64,000 bases of DNA from Candidatus Poribacteria bacterium. Its GTDB lineage: Bacteria; Poribacteria; WGA-4E; PCPOR2b. Position 1 is the first letter of the stretch; each line of letters begins with the position of its first letter. Both the position numbers and the translations under genes were made by a program. The notes beneath the pieces were generated by a model. That model did no database searches, was not told the DNA's origin, and saw nothing but the letters and a program-made list of their open reading frames with translations. Location: contig OZ240245.1 in the NCBI GenBank assembly GCA_965198175.1, forward strand, positions 1,632,001 through 1,696,000, in the 5' to 3' direction. Shown piece after piece: positions 39,878 through 49,096 of this stretch.

Positions 39878-42109
39878 ATGAAGAAAGCAATGGTTTTCAA
39901 GTTTAGCTTATTATTCGTTTCCGCTCTATGTCTTCCGCACAGTTACGCCCAAGATTCTCCGCAATGGGGTCTGCCCGCGGGCGCTAAAGCGCGGGTCGGC
40001 AAAGGCACGATAAATGAAATACAGTTTTCCCCGGACGGGACTCGGCTTGCGGTCGCGAGCAGCATCGGTATCTGGCTTTACAATACGGCGACCCAACAAG
40101 AGATTGCCCTTCTCGCAGGGCAGACGTATGTCGATAGCGTTGCGTTCAGTCCTGATGGACGCACAATCGCAAGCGGGCGTAGGCACTCTATCCGATTGTG
40201 GAACACCCAAACAGGAGAACTCCAGCGAACGCTCGACGGGCATACGAAATCGGTCAGGATCGTTACATTCAGTCCCGATGGCGAAACCATTGCAAGCGGG
40301 AGTTCTGACGCTACCATCCGTCTGTGGAACGCCGAAACGGGAGAAAACTTACAAACGCTGGAGGGGCATACGAATGCGGTCAATAGCGTTGCGTTCAGTC
40401 CCAATGGACACACAATCGCTAGTGCGAGTGGGGACAATACCATTCGACTGTGGAACGCCGATACGGGAGAACATCGGCGAACGCTCAGCGGGCATACGAA
40501 TGCCGTCAGTAGCGTTGCGTTCAGTCCCGACGGACGCACCATCGCTAGCGCTAGTGGAAGTGGGGGTTGGAACGGTACTATCCGGTTGTGGGACGCGAAT
40601 ACGGGCAAACCCCTGCGAACGATTACCGGACACAAGTCTGGGGTCAGTAGCGTTGTGTTCAGTCCTGATGGACGCTACCTCGCCAGTGGGGGCGGGTTGG
40701 ACGGTACCACCCGGCTGTGGGACCCCGACTCTGGTAAATCCCTGCGAACGCTCACCGGGGATACGGGATTGGGTGTTAACGTTGCGTTTAACCCCGATGG
40801 CAGCACCATCGCCAGTGGCAGTTGGGACGGTACCATCCGACTGTGGAGCGCGGCCACCGGAGAATTTCTACAAACGCTGGAGGGGCATACGTCGTTTGTC
40901 GAAAGCGTTGCGTTCAGTCCGGATGGACTCACCATCGCTAGCGCTAGTTCGGGATTCTGTTGTGGCGCTGCCATCCGGTTGTGGGACGCCGACACGGGGA
41001 AAACCCTTCGAACGCACAGTGGGTATCCAGGTACGATTGATAGTGTTGTGTTCAGTCCTGATGGCGGCACCCTAGCCTTTGGAGGTGGGAGCGCTACGCA
41101 TTTGTTTAACACCGATACGGGATTTCACAAGCAAACGCATCTCCCGCTGGGTGCTGGTTGGGTCGAAAGCGTCGCGTTCAGTCCCGATGGAAACACAATC
41201 GCTAGCGGGTTCGCTTGGGACAATACCATCCGATTGTGGGACGCGGGTTCGGGAGAAACCCTGCAAACGCTCACCGGGCATACAGATTGGGTGTATAGTG
41301 TAGCATTCAGTCCCGATGGCGGCGCGCTCGCAAGCGGGAGTAAGGATCTTACCATCCGTTTATGGGATGCCGACACGGGCAAACATTTGCGAACGCTCAC
41401 CGGGCATACCAGTTCGGTGAATATCGTTGCGTTCAGTCCTGATGGACGCACACTCGCAAGTGGAGGTGGGGACACTATCCGATTGTGGGACGCGGGTTCG
41501 GGAGAAACCCTGCAAACGCTCACCGGGCATACGGTGGCGGTCTATAGTGTTGCGTTCAGCCCGGATGGACGCACACTCGCTAGTGGGGGTTGGGACAGAA
41601 CCATCCGTCTCTGGGACACCGATACGTGGACACTTCTGGCTACGCTCAAGGGGCACACGACTTGGGTCCGAAACGTTGCGTTCAATCTCGACGGCGGCAC
41701 CCTCGCTAGCGCTAGTTCGGACGGTACCGTGATGCTGTGGGAACTTACCTCCTCAACCGGAGTTGGAGTTGGTGTGGAACCGTTGGGAAGGCATATTACG
41801 ACGCTGGGAAACATCAAAAGGACAGCGTTGCTGCAAAATTATCCGAATCCGTTCAACCCTGAAACGTGGATACCGTATCAGTTGGCGAACGATGCAGCCG
41901 TGACCTTGAGCATCTATGACCAGAGGGGACATATCGTCCGCACTCTCGACATTGGACGTCAAATTTCGGGGATCTACCGAGATAGCGCAAAAGCAGCGTA
42001 TTGGGATGGTCGTAACCAAAACGGTGAACCTGTCACAAGCGGCACCTATTATTATGAATTCCGTGCGGGTGATTACACCGCATTACGCCGAATGGCGATT
42101 GTCAAGTAG
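39878..42109 (+). CDS. Secreted WD40 repeat protein with C-terminal FlgD/T9SS-tail-like Ig domain (copy 1)
   Basis: Signal peptide, about 14 GHT..V.SVAFSPDG..ASGS.D.TIRLW repeats, then VEPLGRHITTLGNIK and TALLQNYPNPFNPETWIPYQL. Confidence 0.9.
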   Translation: MKKAMVFKFSLLFVSALCLPHSYAQDSPQWGLPAGAKARVGKGTINEIQFSPDGTRLAVASSIGIWLYNTATQQEIALLAGQTYVDSVAFSPDGRTIASGRRHSIRLWNTQTGELQRTLDGHTKSVRIVTFSPDGETIASGSSDATIRLWNAETGENLQTLEGHTNAVNSVAFSPNGHTIASASGDNTIRLWNADTGEHRRTLSGHTNAVSSVAFSPDGRTIASASGSGGWNGTIRLWDANTGKPLRTITGHKSGVSSVVFSPDGRYLASGGGLDGTTRLWDPDSGKSLRTLTGDTGLGVNVAFNPDGSTIASGSWDGTIRLWSAATGEFLQTLEGHTSFVESVAFSPDGLTIASASSGFCCGAAIRLWDADTGKTLRTHSGYPGTIDSVVFSPDGGTLAFGGGSATHLFNTDTGFHKQTHLPLGAGWVESVAFSPDGNTIASGFAWDNTIRLWDAGSGETLQTLTGHTDWVYSVAFSPDGGALASGSKDLTIRLWDADTGKHLRTLTGHTSSVNIVAFSPDGRTLASGGGDTIRLWDAGSGETLQTLTGHTVAVYSVAFSPDGRTLASGGWDRTIRLWDTDTWTLLATLKGHTTWVRNVAFNLDGGTLASASSDGTVMLWELTSSTGVGVGVEPLGRHITTLGNIKRTALLQNYPNPFNPETWIPYQLANDAAVTLSIYDQRGHIVRTLDIGRQISGIYRDSAKAAYWDGRNQNGEPVTSGTYYYEFRAGDYTALRRMAIVK

Positions 42110-42192
42110 CACCGCACCATTGGGATGAGAAACCGAGAAAGCAGATCGCCTATCACAATCTCAAAATGAATCCTAACATGGAGGGATAGCTC

Positions 42193-43155
42193 ATGAAATT
42201 CCTACAGAAGAACCGAATCGCGCATCTACGCGGTTTCATTGTAATGCTGGGATTTGCCCTCATACCGGTTAGCTCCGCCCAATCGCGCGATTCAATGATT
42301 GCCTTTTCTTCAGACCGGGACAGCCCTGGAGATCAAGATATCTTTGTAATGAAGGTAGATGGGTCTCAACCCCGCAACCTTACATATAACCCCACGGCAC
42401 GGGATTCTATCCCCGACTGGTCTCCAGATGGGAGCAAGATTACTTTTACATCCGATCGCGATGGAAACCTAGAGATTTATGTTATGGACGCTAACGGCGG
42501 CAATCCTATCCGGCTTACCACAGAACCCGAAACGGACGCGGCGCCTCGTTGGTCTCCCGATGGGACGAAAATTGCCTTTTATTCGAAGCGCGACGGAAAC
42601 TTTGAGATTTATGTCATGGACGCGGACGGCAAAAACCCCGTCCGGCTTACCACAGAACCTGGGTGGGATGTCGTTCCTTGCTGGTCTCCCGATGGGACGA
42701 AAATTGCCTTTTGTTCGGGTCGCGATGGGAACCTAGAGATTTATGTCATGGACGCGGACGGCAAAAACCCCGTCCGACTCACCAAAGAACCCGCAGAAGA
42801 CGGTGCGCCGTGCTGGTCTCCGGATGGGCGGAAAATTACCTTTGAGTCGGAGCGCGATGGGAACCTAGAGGTTTATGCGATGGATGCTAACGGCGACAAC
42901 CCTGTCCGGCTTACCAGAGAACCCGAAAGTGATGGTGCGCCTCGCTGGTCTCCCGATGGGACTGAAATTGTCTTTCGGTCAGGTCGCGATAGGAACCTAG
43001 AGATATATGTCATGGACGCTGACGGCGGAAACCCGATTAATCTCACCCAAAACCCGGCTCTTGATGAAGTGGCTGCATGGTCACCGGGGCGATTGGCAGT
43101 CTCTCCAAAGGCAACGTTTCTGACACTTTGGGCGACAATAAAAACCACGCAGTGA
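42193..43155 (+). CDS. Secreted TolB-like beta-propeller protein 2
   Basis: PD40 repeats; ends LAVSPKATFLTLWATIK. Confidence 0.9.
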   Translation: MKFLQKNRIAHLRGFIVMLGFALIPVSSAQSRDSMIAFSSDRDSPGDQDIFVMKVDGSQPRNLTYNPTARDSIPDWSPDGSKITFTSDRDGNLEIYVMDANGGNPIRLTTEPETDAAPRWSPDGTKIAFYSKRDGNFEIYVMDADGKNPVRLTTEPGWDVVPCWSPDGTKIAFCSGRDGNLEIYVMDADGKNPVRLTKEPAEDGAPCWSPDGRKITFESERDGNLEVYAMDANGDNPVRLTREPESDGAPRWSPDGTEIVFRSGRDRNLEIYVMDADGGNPINLTQNPALDEVAAWSPGRLAVSPKATFLTLWATIKTTQ

Positions 43156-43195
43156 TAAAGATGGGAAATGAAGGGCTCTTGAAGAATTCATAACA

Positions 43196-43285
43196 ATGAG
43201 CAGAAACACCTCTATTACTTATGGCAGTTTCTTTCTCCTCACTGTGATTCTCGCAACCGTTCTTCGAGTTTTCCCTCTCCGCTGA
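43196..43285 (+). CDS. Candidate small hydrophobic protein (29 aa), paralog of 39132-39284
   Basis: MSRNTSITYGSFFLLTVILATVLRVFPLR*. Confidence 0.3.
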   Translation: MSRNTSITYGSFFLLTVILATVLRVFPLR

Positions 43286-43483
43286 TTCGATGATAAGGCT
43301 TTCACCGGCCCTGATTCGGTCGGCGAGAATTGTCGGACAGGCAAAACTAATCCCCGGAGAACGGAGCGCTTTCCGTTCGTGATTAGATGTTATCCGCTCT
43401 ATTTGAATGTCCACTACGGTTGATTTTCGACATCGAATCTTTTTTCTGAATTTTCTTCTTCTGTTGGACTGAAAACTGAAGCG

Positions 43484-43518
43484 AAAAAGTGGTAGAATAA
43501 ATCGTAAAACGGTGTTTT
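43484..43518 (+). promoter_or_regulatory. Conserved upstream element of ECF gene (candidate autoregulated promoter)
   Basis: 28/35 ungapped identity with 50533-50567 upstream of the second ECF gene. Confidence 0.4.
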
Positions 43519-43546
43519 ATTAATATGAAGAGGAGGATAAAGAACA

Positions 43547-44782
43547 GTGACAGATGTCAAAACCCTCATCTTGCGTGCCCAAGCAGGCGATGAACAGGCA
43601 TTCGCAAACCTAATGCAGGCGCATTACGCCTTCGTTTATACGATTGTCATCGGAATCGTGGACAATCCCGAAGATGCAGAGGAAGTTGTGCAAGACACCT
43701 TTGTCAACGTCTATCGCGGTTTGGCGCAGTATGAAGAGAGGACCAAATTCAGAGGTTGGCTGGCAAAAATTGCGCGAAATCGTGCCTTAAACTGGATGCG
43801 AGACCAAAGAAGTGAAAACGTGTCCATCAACGATGTACAAGAACACAAACTCCAGACCTCAGACGCGCTTGCCGAACAGTTGATACTCGCCGAACAGAAG
43901 GCACTAATTCGCAGTGCATTGGAGACGCTCTCGCCCAAAGATAGGCAGATTGCTCGTTCGTATTACCTAGATGGCGCAAGCTACGACGAACTGATTCGCA
44001 CACACGGTCTGTCATACAAGGCGATTTCAGTTCGGCTTTCGAGGGCAAAGCGGAAACTCTCCATACGGCTGCGGCATCTACTCACTGGGTTATTCGTCTC
44101 TCCAACCATGACACTCAAACAGATATACTCAGGAGGACTTACGGTCATGAAAGTTGGAACAGTTCCCAAAATCACTGTCAGTGCAGCAGCCATCATTGGG
44201 ATCGGTGTCATCGGGACTCACCATTTCATATTGTCGAAGGAAGATACGTCTCCATCGGTAGAGATTGTAACATCAACGCCAAGTCACTCGATAAACTCAG
44301 TCCCGAGAACAAATGCTACTCGTAGAGCGGTCGTCTCACCTCGAAGTGCAGACTCGGCGCAAATTTCCGTTGCGGAGATGGAACAGATTGAGAGGTTTTT
44401 TTCTCAACTCGACGCAGCGGATGCACAAGATATAGAAATAGCAGGAGAAGAAGCTACTTCTTCTGAAATGGACATTGAATCAGAGCAAGAAATCTCAGAA
44501 ACCGATGTGACCGGGTCTTCAGAGCGTCAAGAGCGGATCGCCGAAATAAAGCGACGAATTGAGTGGCTTTCCGAGCAGCTTAAGCAGTTGGAAGAAGAAG
44601 AAGAAACACTACCGCCGCGTTATCCACGTGGTCAGGAACCAACCGAACAGACGCCCGAAGAGATGGAGAGAGATAGAGAAAACGACACTCGACGTCGGGA
44701 ACTACGATTGAAGCAGGCGGAACTTGGCACTGAGAAATACCACTTGCGCCGTGAGTTAAGAGAATTGCAACAAGAGCCTTAG
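43547..44782 (+). CDS. ECF sigma factor with C-terminal TM helix and extracytoplasmic extension
   Basis: Sigma2 (DAEEVVQDTF, FRGWLAKIARN), sigma4 (LSPKDR..SYDEL..VRLSRAKRKL), TM segment, acidic and coiled-coil tail. Confidence 0.9.
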   Translation: MTDVKTLILRAQAGDEQAFANLMQAHYAFVYTIVIGIVDNPEDAEEVVQDTFVNVYRGLAQYEERTKFRGWLAKIARNRALNWMRDQRSENVSINDVQEHKLQTSDALAEQLILAEQKALIRSALETLSPKDRQIARSYYLDGASYDELIRTHGLSYKAISVRLSRAKRKLSIRLRHLLTGLFVSPTMTLKQIYSGGLTVMKVGTVPKITVSAAAIIGIGVIGTHHFILSKEDTSPSVEIVTSTPSHSINSVPRTNATRRAVVSPRSADSAQISVAEMEQIERFFSQLDAADAQDIEIAGEEATSSEMDIESEQEISETDVTGSSERQERIAEIKRRIEWLSEQLKQLEEEEETLPPRYPRGQEPTEQTPEEMERDRENDTRRRELRLKQAELGTEKYHLRRELRELQQEP

Positions 44783-44953
44783 TTTGTACATTTAAGTTAG
44801 GATGACACACGGTGTCAATTAAGCGTTGAAGAAAAGTAGTGATCTGGTCTTTTTGGTTGACCACTTTCAAACAGGCTCTAAATTCCGAGGTCGTACTCCA
44901 ACAATAGAAGTCGAGCGATATACCCTCTAACTCAAACATGGAGGATAATTCCA

Positions 44954-47167
44954 ATGAAGAAAGCAATGTTTTTCAAGCTTAGCTTATTATTCGTTTCCGC
45001 TCTATGTCTACGGTACAGCTTCGCCCAAGATTCTCCGCAATGGGGTCTACCCGAGGACGCTAAAGCGCGCTTCGGTAAAGGCGATATAAGTGAAATGCAG
45101 TATTCACCCGACGGCACTCGACTTGCAGTGGTAAGCAGCATCGGCATTTGGCTCTACGATACGACGACCTATAAAGAGGTCGCCCTAATCAACGGGCATA
45201 CATACTATGTCAAGTGCGTTGCGTTCAGTCCGGATGGACGCACAATTGCTAGCGGGAGTTGGGACTATACCATCCGTCTGTGGGACACCGATACGGGAAA
45301 TCCCCTGCGAACGCTCAACCATGGCGATTGGATCTTTAGCGTTGCGTTCAGTCCGGATGGACGCACCATCGCAAGTGCGGGTTCGGGCAGCATCCGTCTG
45401 TGGAACGCCCATACCGGAAGACTCCTGCATATACTCAGGGATGGTATGGATGGGGGTTGGCGCTCTTTGGTCGATAGTGTTGCGTTCAGTCCAGATGGTC
45501 GCACCATCGCAAGTGCGATCGGGGACAATTCTATTCGACTGTGGGACGTCGATACCGGAAAACTCCTGCGAACGCTCAAAGGGCATGAAGATGACGTCTT
45601 TAGGGTTGCGTACAGCCCCGATGGACGTACCATCGCAAGTGCGAGTTACGACAAGACCATTCGTCTGTGGGACGCCGATACCGGAAAACACCGTCGAACG
45701 CTTATGGGACATGAATCTGTCGTCTATAGTGTTGCGTTAAGTCCGGATGGCGACACCATCGCCAGTGGGAGTGGGGACGATACCATCCGTCTATGGGATG
45801 CCGATACCGGAAAACACCTGCGAACCCTCATGGGGCATACGGATGATGTCAATACCATTGCGTTAAGTCCGGATGGACGTACCATCGCAAGTGGGAGCGA
45901 GGACGAGACCATCCGTCTGTGGGACGTCAATACCGGAAAACACCTGCGAACCCTCACAGGGTATACGTTAGCGGTCTATAGCGTTGCGTTTAGTCCCGAT
46001 AGCGACATCATCGCTTACGGCGGTAGGGACACTACTATCCGTCTGCGTGACGCCGATACGGGAAAACATCTGCGAACGCTGAAGGGGCACACGTCAAGCG
46101 TCTATAGCGTTGCATTCAGTCCCGATGGACGCACCATCGCAAGTGGAAGTGCGGACGATACCATAGGTCTGTGGCACGCCGATGCCGGAAGACACCTGCT
46201 AACCCACGACGGGCACGGGATGGGGTTCAGTTGCGTTGCGTTCAGTCCGGATGGACGCACAATCGCTAGCGGGAGACGCGACGGTACAGTCCGTCTGCGG
46301 GACACCGATACCGGAAAACGGCTGCGGACCCTAAAGGGGCATAAGAATGAGGTCGAAAGCGTTGCGTTTAGTCCCGACGGACGCACGATTGCTAGTGGGA
46401 GCCGTGACGCTACGGTGTGTCTGTGGGACACCGATACCGGGAATCACCTGCGGACGCTCAAAGGGCATTCGAATTCGGTTATGAGCGTAGCATTTAGTCC
46501 GGAAGGCGGGACGCTTGCGAGCGGGAGTGGGGACAAGACCATCCGTCTGTGGGACACCGATACCGGAAAACGTCTGCGGACGCTCAAAGGGCATACGAAT
46601 TGGGTCTTAAGCGTAGCGTTCAGTCCCGATGGGCGCGCACTCGCCAGCGGCGGTGTGGACTGTACCATCCGCTTGTGGGACATCAATACGGGAAAAAAAC
46701 TGCAAGTGCGCGCAGGGCATACAGGTGACGTCTGGAGCGTTGTGTTCAGTCCCGATGGACGCGCACTGGCCAGCGGGAGTCGGGACGGCACCGTATTGCT
46801 GTGGGAACTTTCCTCTTCAACCGCATTTGGGGCGGAACCGTTGGGAAGGCGGATTACGACGCTGGGAAACATCAAGCGGACGGCGCTACTGCAAAATTAT
46901 CCGAATCCGTTCAACCCCGAAACCTGGATACCGTATCAGTTGGCAAACGATGCACTCGTGACCTTGAACATCTATGACCAGAGTGGTCATATCGTCCGCA
47001 AACTCGACATTGGACGTAAAAAGTCGGGAGTCTACCGAGACAGAGCAAGCGCAGCGTATTGGGATGGCCGCAACCAAAACGGAGAACCCGTGACAAGCGG
47101 CGCCTATTACTATCAACTCCGTGCGGGCAATTACACCGCGTTACGGCGAATGGCGATTGTCAAGTAG
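44954..47167 (+). CDS. Secreted WD40 repeat protein with FlgD/T9SS-tail-like domain (copy 2)
   Basis: Same architecture as 39878-42109; N- and C-termini nearly identical, repeats diverged. Confidence 0.9.
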   Translation: MKKAMFFKLSLLFVSALCLRYSFAQDSPQWGLPEDAKARFGKGDISEMQYSPDGTRLAVVSSIGIWLYDTTTYKEVALINGHTYYVKCVAFSPDGRTIASGSWDYTIRLWDTDTGNPLRTLNHGDWIFSVAFSPDGRTIASAGSGSIRLWNAHTGRLLHILRDGMDGGWRSLVDSVAFSPDGRTIASAIGDNSIRLWDVDTGKLLRTLKGHEDDVFRVAYSPDGRTIASASYDKTIRLWDADTGKHRRTLMGHESVVYSVALSPDGDTIASGSGDDTIRLWDADTGKHLRTLMGHTDDVNTIALSPDGRTIASGSEDETIRLWDVNTGKHLRTLTGYTLAVYSVAFSPDSDIIAYGGRDTTIRLRDADTGKHLRTLKGHTSSVYSVAFSPDGRTIASGSADDTIGLWHADAGRHLLTHDGHGMGFSCVAFSPDGRTIASGRRDGTVRLRDTDTGKRLRTLKGHKNEVESVAFSPDGRTIASGSRDATVCLWDTDTGNHLRTLKGHSNSVMSVAFSPEGGTLASGSGDKTIRLWDTDTGKRLRTLKGHTNWVLSVAFSPDGRALASGGVDCTIRLWDINTGKKLQVRAGHTGDVWSVVFSPDGRALASGSRDGTVLLWELSSSTAFGAEPLGRRITTLGNIKRTALLQNYPNPFNPETWIPYQLANDALVTLNIYDQSGHIVRKLDIGRKKSGVYRDRASAAYWDGRNQNGEPVTSGAYYYQLRAGNYTALRRMAIVK

Positions 47168-47250
47168 CACTACGCAATTGGGGTGAGAAACCGAGAAAGC
47201 AGATCGCCTATCACAATCTCAAGATGAATTCTTAGAAGGAGGGATAGCTC

Positions 47251-48651
47251 ATGAAATTCCTACAGAAGAACCGAATAGCGCATCTACGCAGTTTCATTGT
47301 AATGCTGGGATTAGCCCTCATGTCGGCTAATCCAGCGCAATCGATCGACTCATTTATTGCCTTTTCTTCGGACCGGGACAGCCCTGGGGATCAAGATATC
47401 TTTGTAATGATGGCAGATGGGTCTCAACCCCGCAATCTTACGAATAATCCCACATCATACGATTCCGTCCCCGACTGGTCTCCAGATGGGAACAAGATTG
47501 CTTTTATATCAGATCGCAAGGAGAAATGGAACTCTGAGATCTACGTCATGGACGCTGACGGTGGCAATCCCATCCGGCTTACCAGAGAACCCGAAACAGA
47601 CACGGCGCCTCGTTGGTCTCCCGATGGGACGAAAATTGCCTTTTATTCGGAGCGCGATGGGAACTTTGAAATTTATGTCATGGACGCTGATGGTGGCAAT
47701 CCCATCCGGCTTACCAGAGAACCTGGATGGGACGTCGTTCCTTGCTGGTCTCCGGATGGGACGAAAATTGCCTTTTGTTCGGATCGCAATGGGAACATAG
47801 CGATTGATGGGAATCTAGAGATTTATGTCATGGACGCGGACGGCAAAAACCCCGTCCGGCTTACCAAAGAACCCGCAGAAGACGGTGCGCCGTGCTGGTC
47901 TCCAGATGGGCGGAAAATTACCTTTGAGTCGGAGCGTGATGGGAACCTAGAGGTTTATGTGATGGATGCTAACGGCGACAACCCCGCCCGGCTTACCAGA
48001 GAACCCGAAAGCGATGGCGCGCCTCGTTGGTCTCCCGATGGGACGAAAATTGCCTTTTATTCGGAGCGCGATGGGAACTTTGAAATTTATGTCATGGACG
48101 CTGATGGTGGCAATCCCATCCGGCTTACCAGAGAACCTGGATGGGACGTCGTTCCTTGCTGGTCTCCGGATGGGACGAAAATTGCCTTTTGTTCGGATCG
48201 CAATGGGAACATAGCGATTGATGGGAATCTAGAGATTTATGTCATGGACGCGGACGGCAAAAACCCCGTCCGGCTTACCAAAGAACCCGCAGAAGACGGT
48301 GCGCCGTGCTGGTCTCCAGATGGGCGGAAAATTACCTTTGAGTCGGAGCGTGATGGGAACCTAGAGGTTTATGTGATGGATGCTAACGGCGACAACCCCG
48401 CCCGGCTTACCAGAGAACCCGAAAGCGATGGCGCGCCTCGTTGGTCTCCCGATGGGACGAAAATTGCCTTTTATTCGGAGCGCGATGGGAACTTTGAAAT
48501 TTATGTCATGGACGCTGATGGTGGCAATCCGACCAATCTCACACAAAACCCGGGGCATGATATAGTGGCTGCATGGTCACCGGGGCGATTGGCAGTTTCT
48601 CCGAAGGCAAGGCTACTGATGCAATGGGGGACAATAAAAACCACGCAGTGA
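47251..48651 (+). CDS. Secreted TolB-like beta-propeller protein 3 with internal tandem duplication
   Basis: Paralog of 42193-43155 with three extra repeats; ends LAVSPKARLLMQWGTIK. Confidence 0.88.
   Translation: MKFLQKNRIAHLRSFIVMLGLALMSANPAQSIDSFIAFSSDRDSPGDQDIFVMMADGSQPRNLTNNPTSYDSVPDWSPDGNKIAFISDRKEKWNSEIYVMDADGGNPIRLTREPETDTAPRWSPDGTKIAFYSERDGNFEIYVMDADGGNPIRLTREPGWDVVPCWSPDGTKIAFCSDRNGNIAIDGNLEIYVMDADGKNPVRLTKEPAEDGAPCWSPDGRKITFESERDGNLEVYVMDANGDNPARLTREPESDGAPRWSPDGTKIAFYSERDGNFEIYVMDADGGNPIRLTREPGWDVVPCWSPDGTKIAFCSDRNGNIAIDGNLEIYVMDADGKNPVRLTKEPAEDGAPCWSPDGRKITFESERDGNLEVYVMDANGDNPARLTREPESDGAPRWSPDGTKIAFYSERDGNFEIYVMDADGGNPTNLTQNPGHDIVAAWSPGRLAVSPKARLLMQWGTIKTTQ
47605..48530 (+). 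repeat. Exact 414-nt tandem repeat (about 2.2 copies)
   Basis: Units start at 47605, 48019 and 48433; no mismatch seen on manual comparison. Confidence 0.9.
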
Positions 48652-49096
48652 TAAAGATGGAATGTCAAACGCTCCAAAAATCTCATGCCGATAATTGGTT
48701 GAACCAAGAGGCTGATTGTCTCAATAAACCCGAGATATCGGAAAGTGCACAAAACAGGGCAAGGGTTCATCCAAATTGCACCGTTTGGTGCACGGACCGG
48801 CTCTCTAGATGAAAAATCCCAAACTGCTTGTTGCCTTGATACATCAGACTTCTATGCCCAAAATTGAAGAGCATTATCCGCTGGTGCATAATTTGCACCT
48901 GAAAACATCTCAAAGACCCCAATTCAGTTTCGCTAACTGGACTTCCTTGCAAATACAAATCTATCAAAAAGTAGGATTTCCTATGAAAATCATCCTGTTG
49001 GCGACGTTATACGGCGAATCTATCTATGAGTTTGTACTCTCTCGGTATTTTGTTTAGTTTGCCTCATAGCCTTAAATTCCAAGGAGGAACAAAAAA

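Noticed and set aside
40014..41075. Long alternative-frame and antisense ORFs over the WD40/TolB genes (for example 353 aa at 40014)
   Set aside because: Expected shadows of repetitive GC-rich coding sequence; no RBS or recognisable domain.
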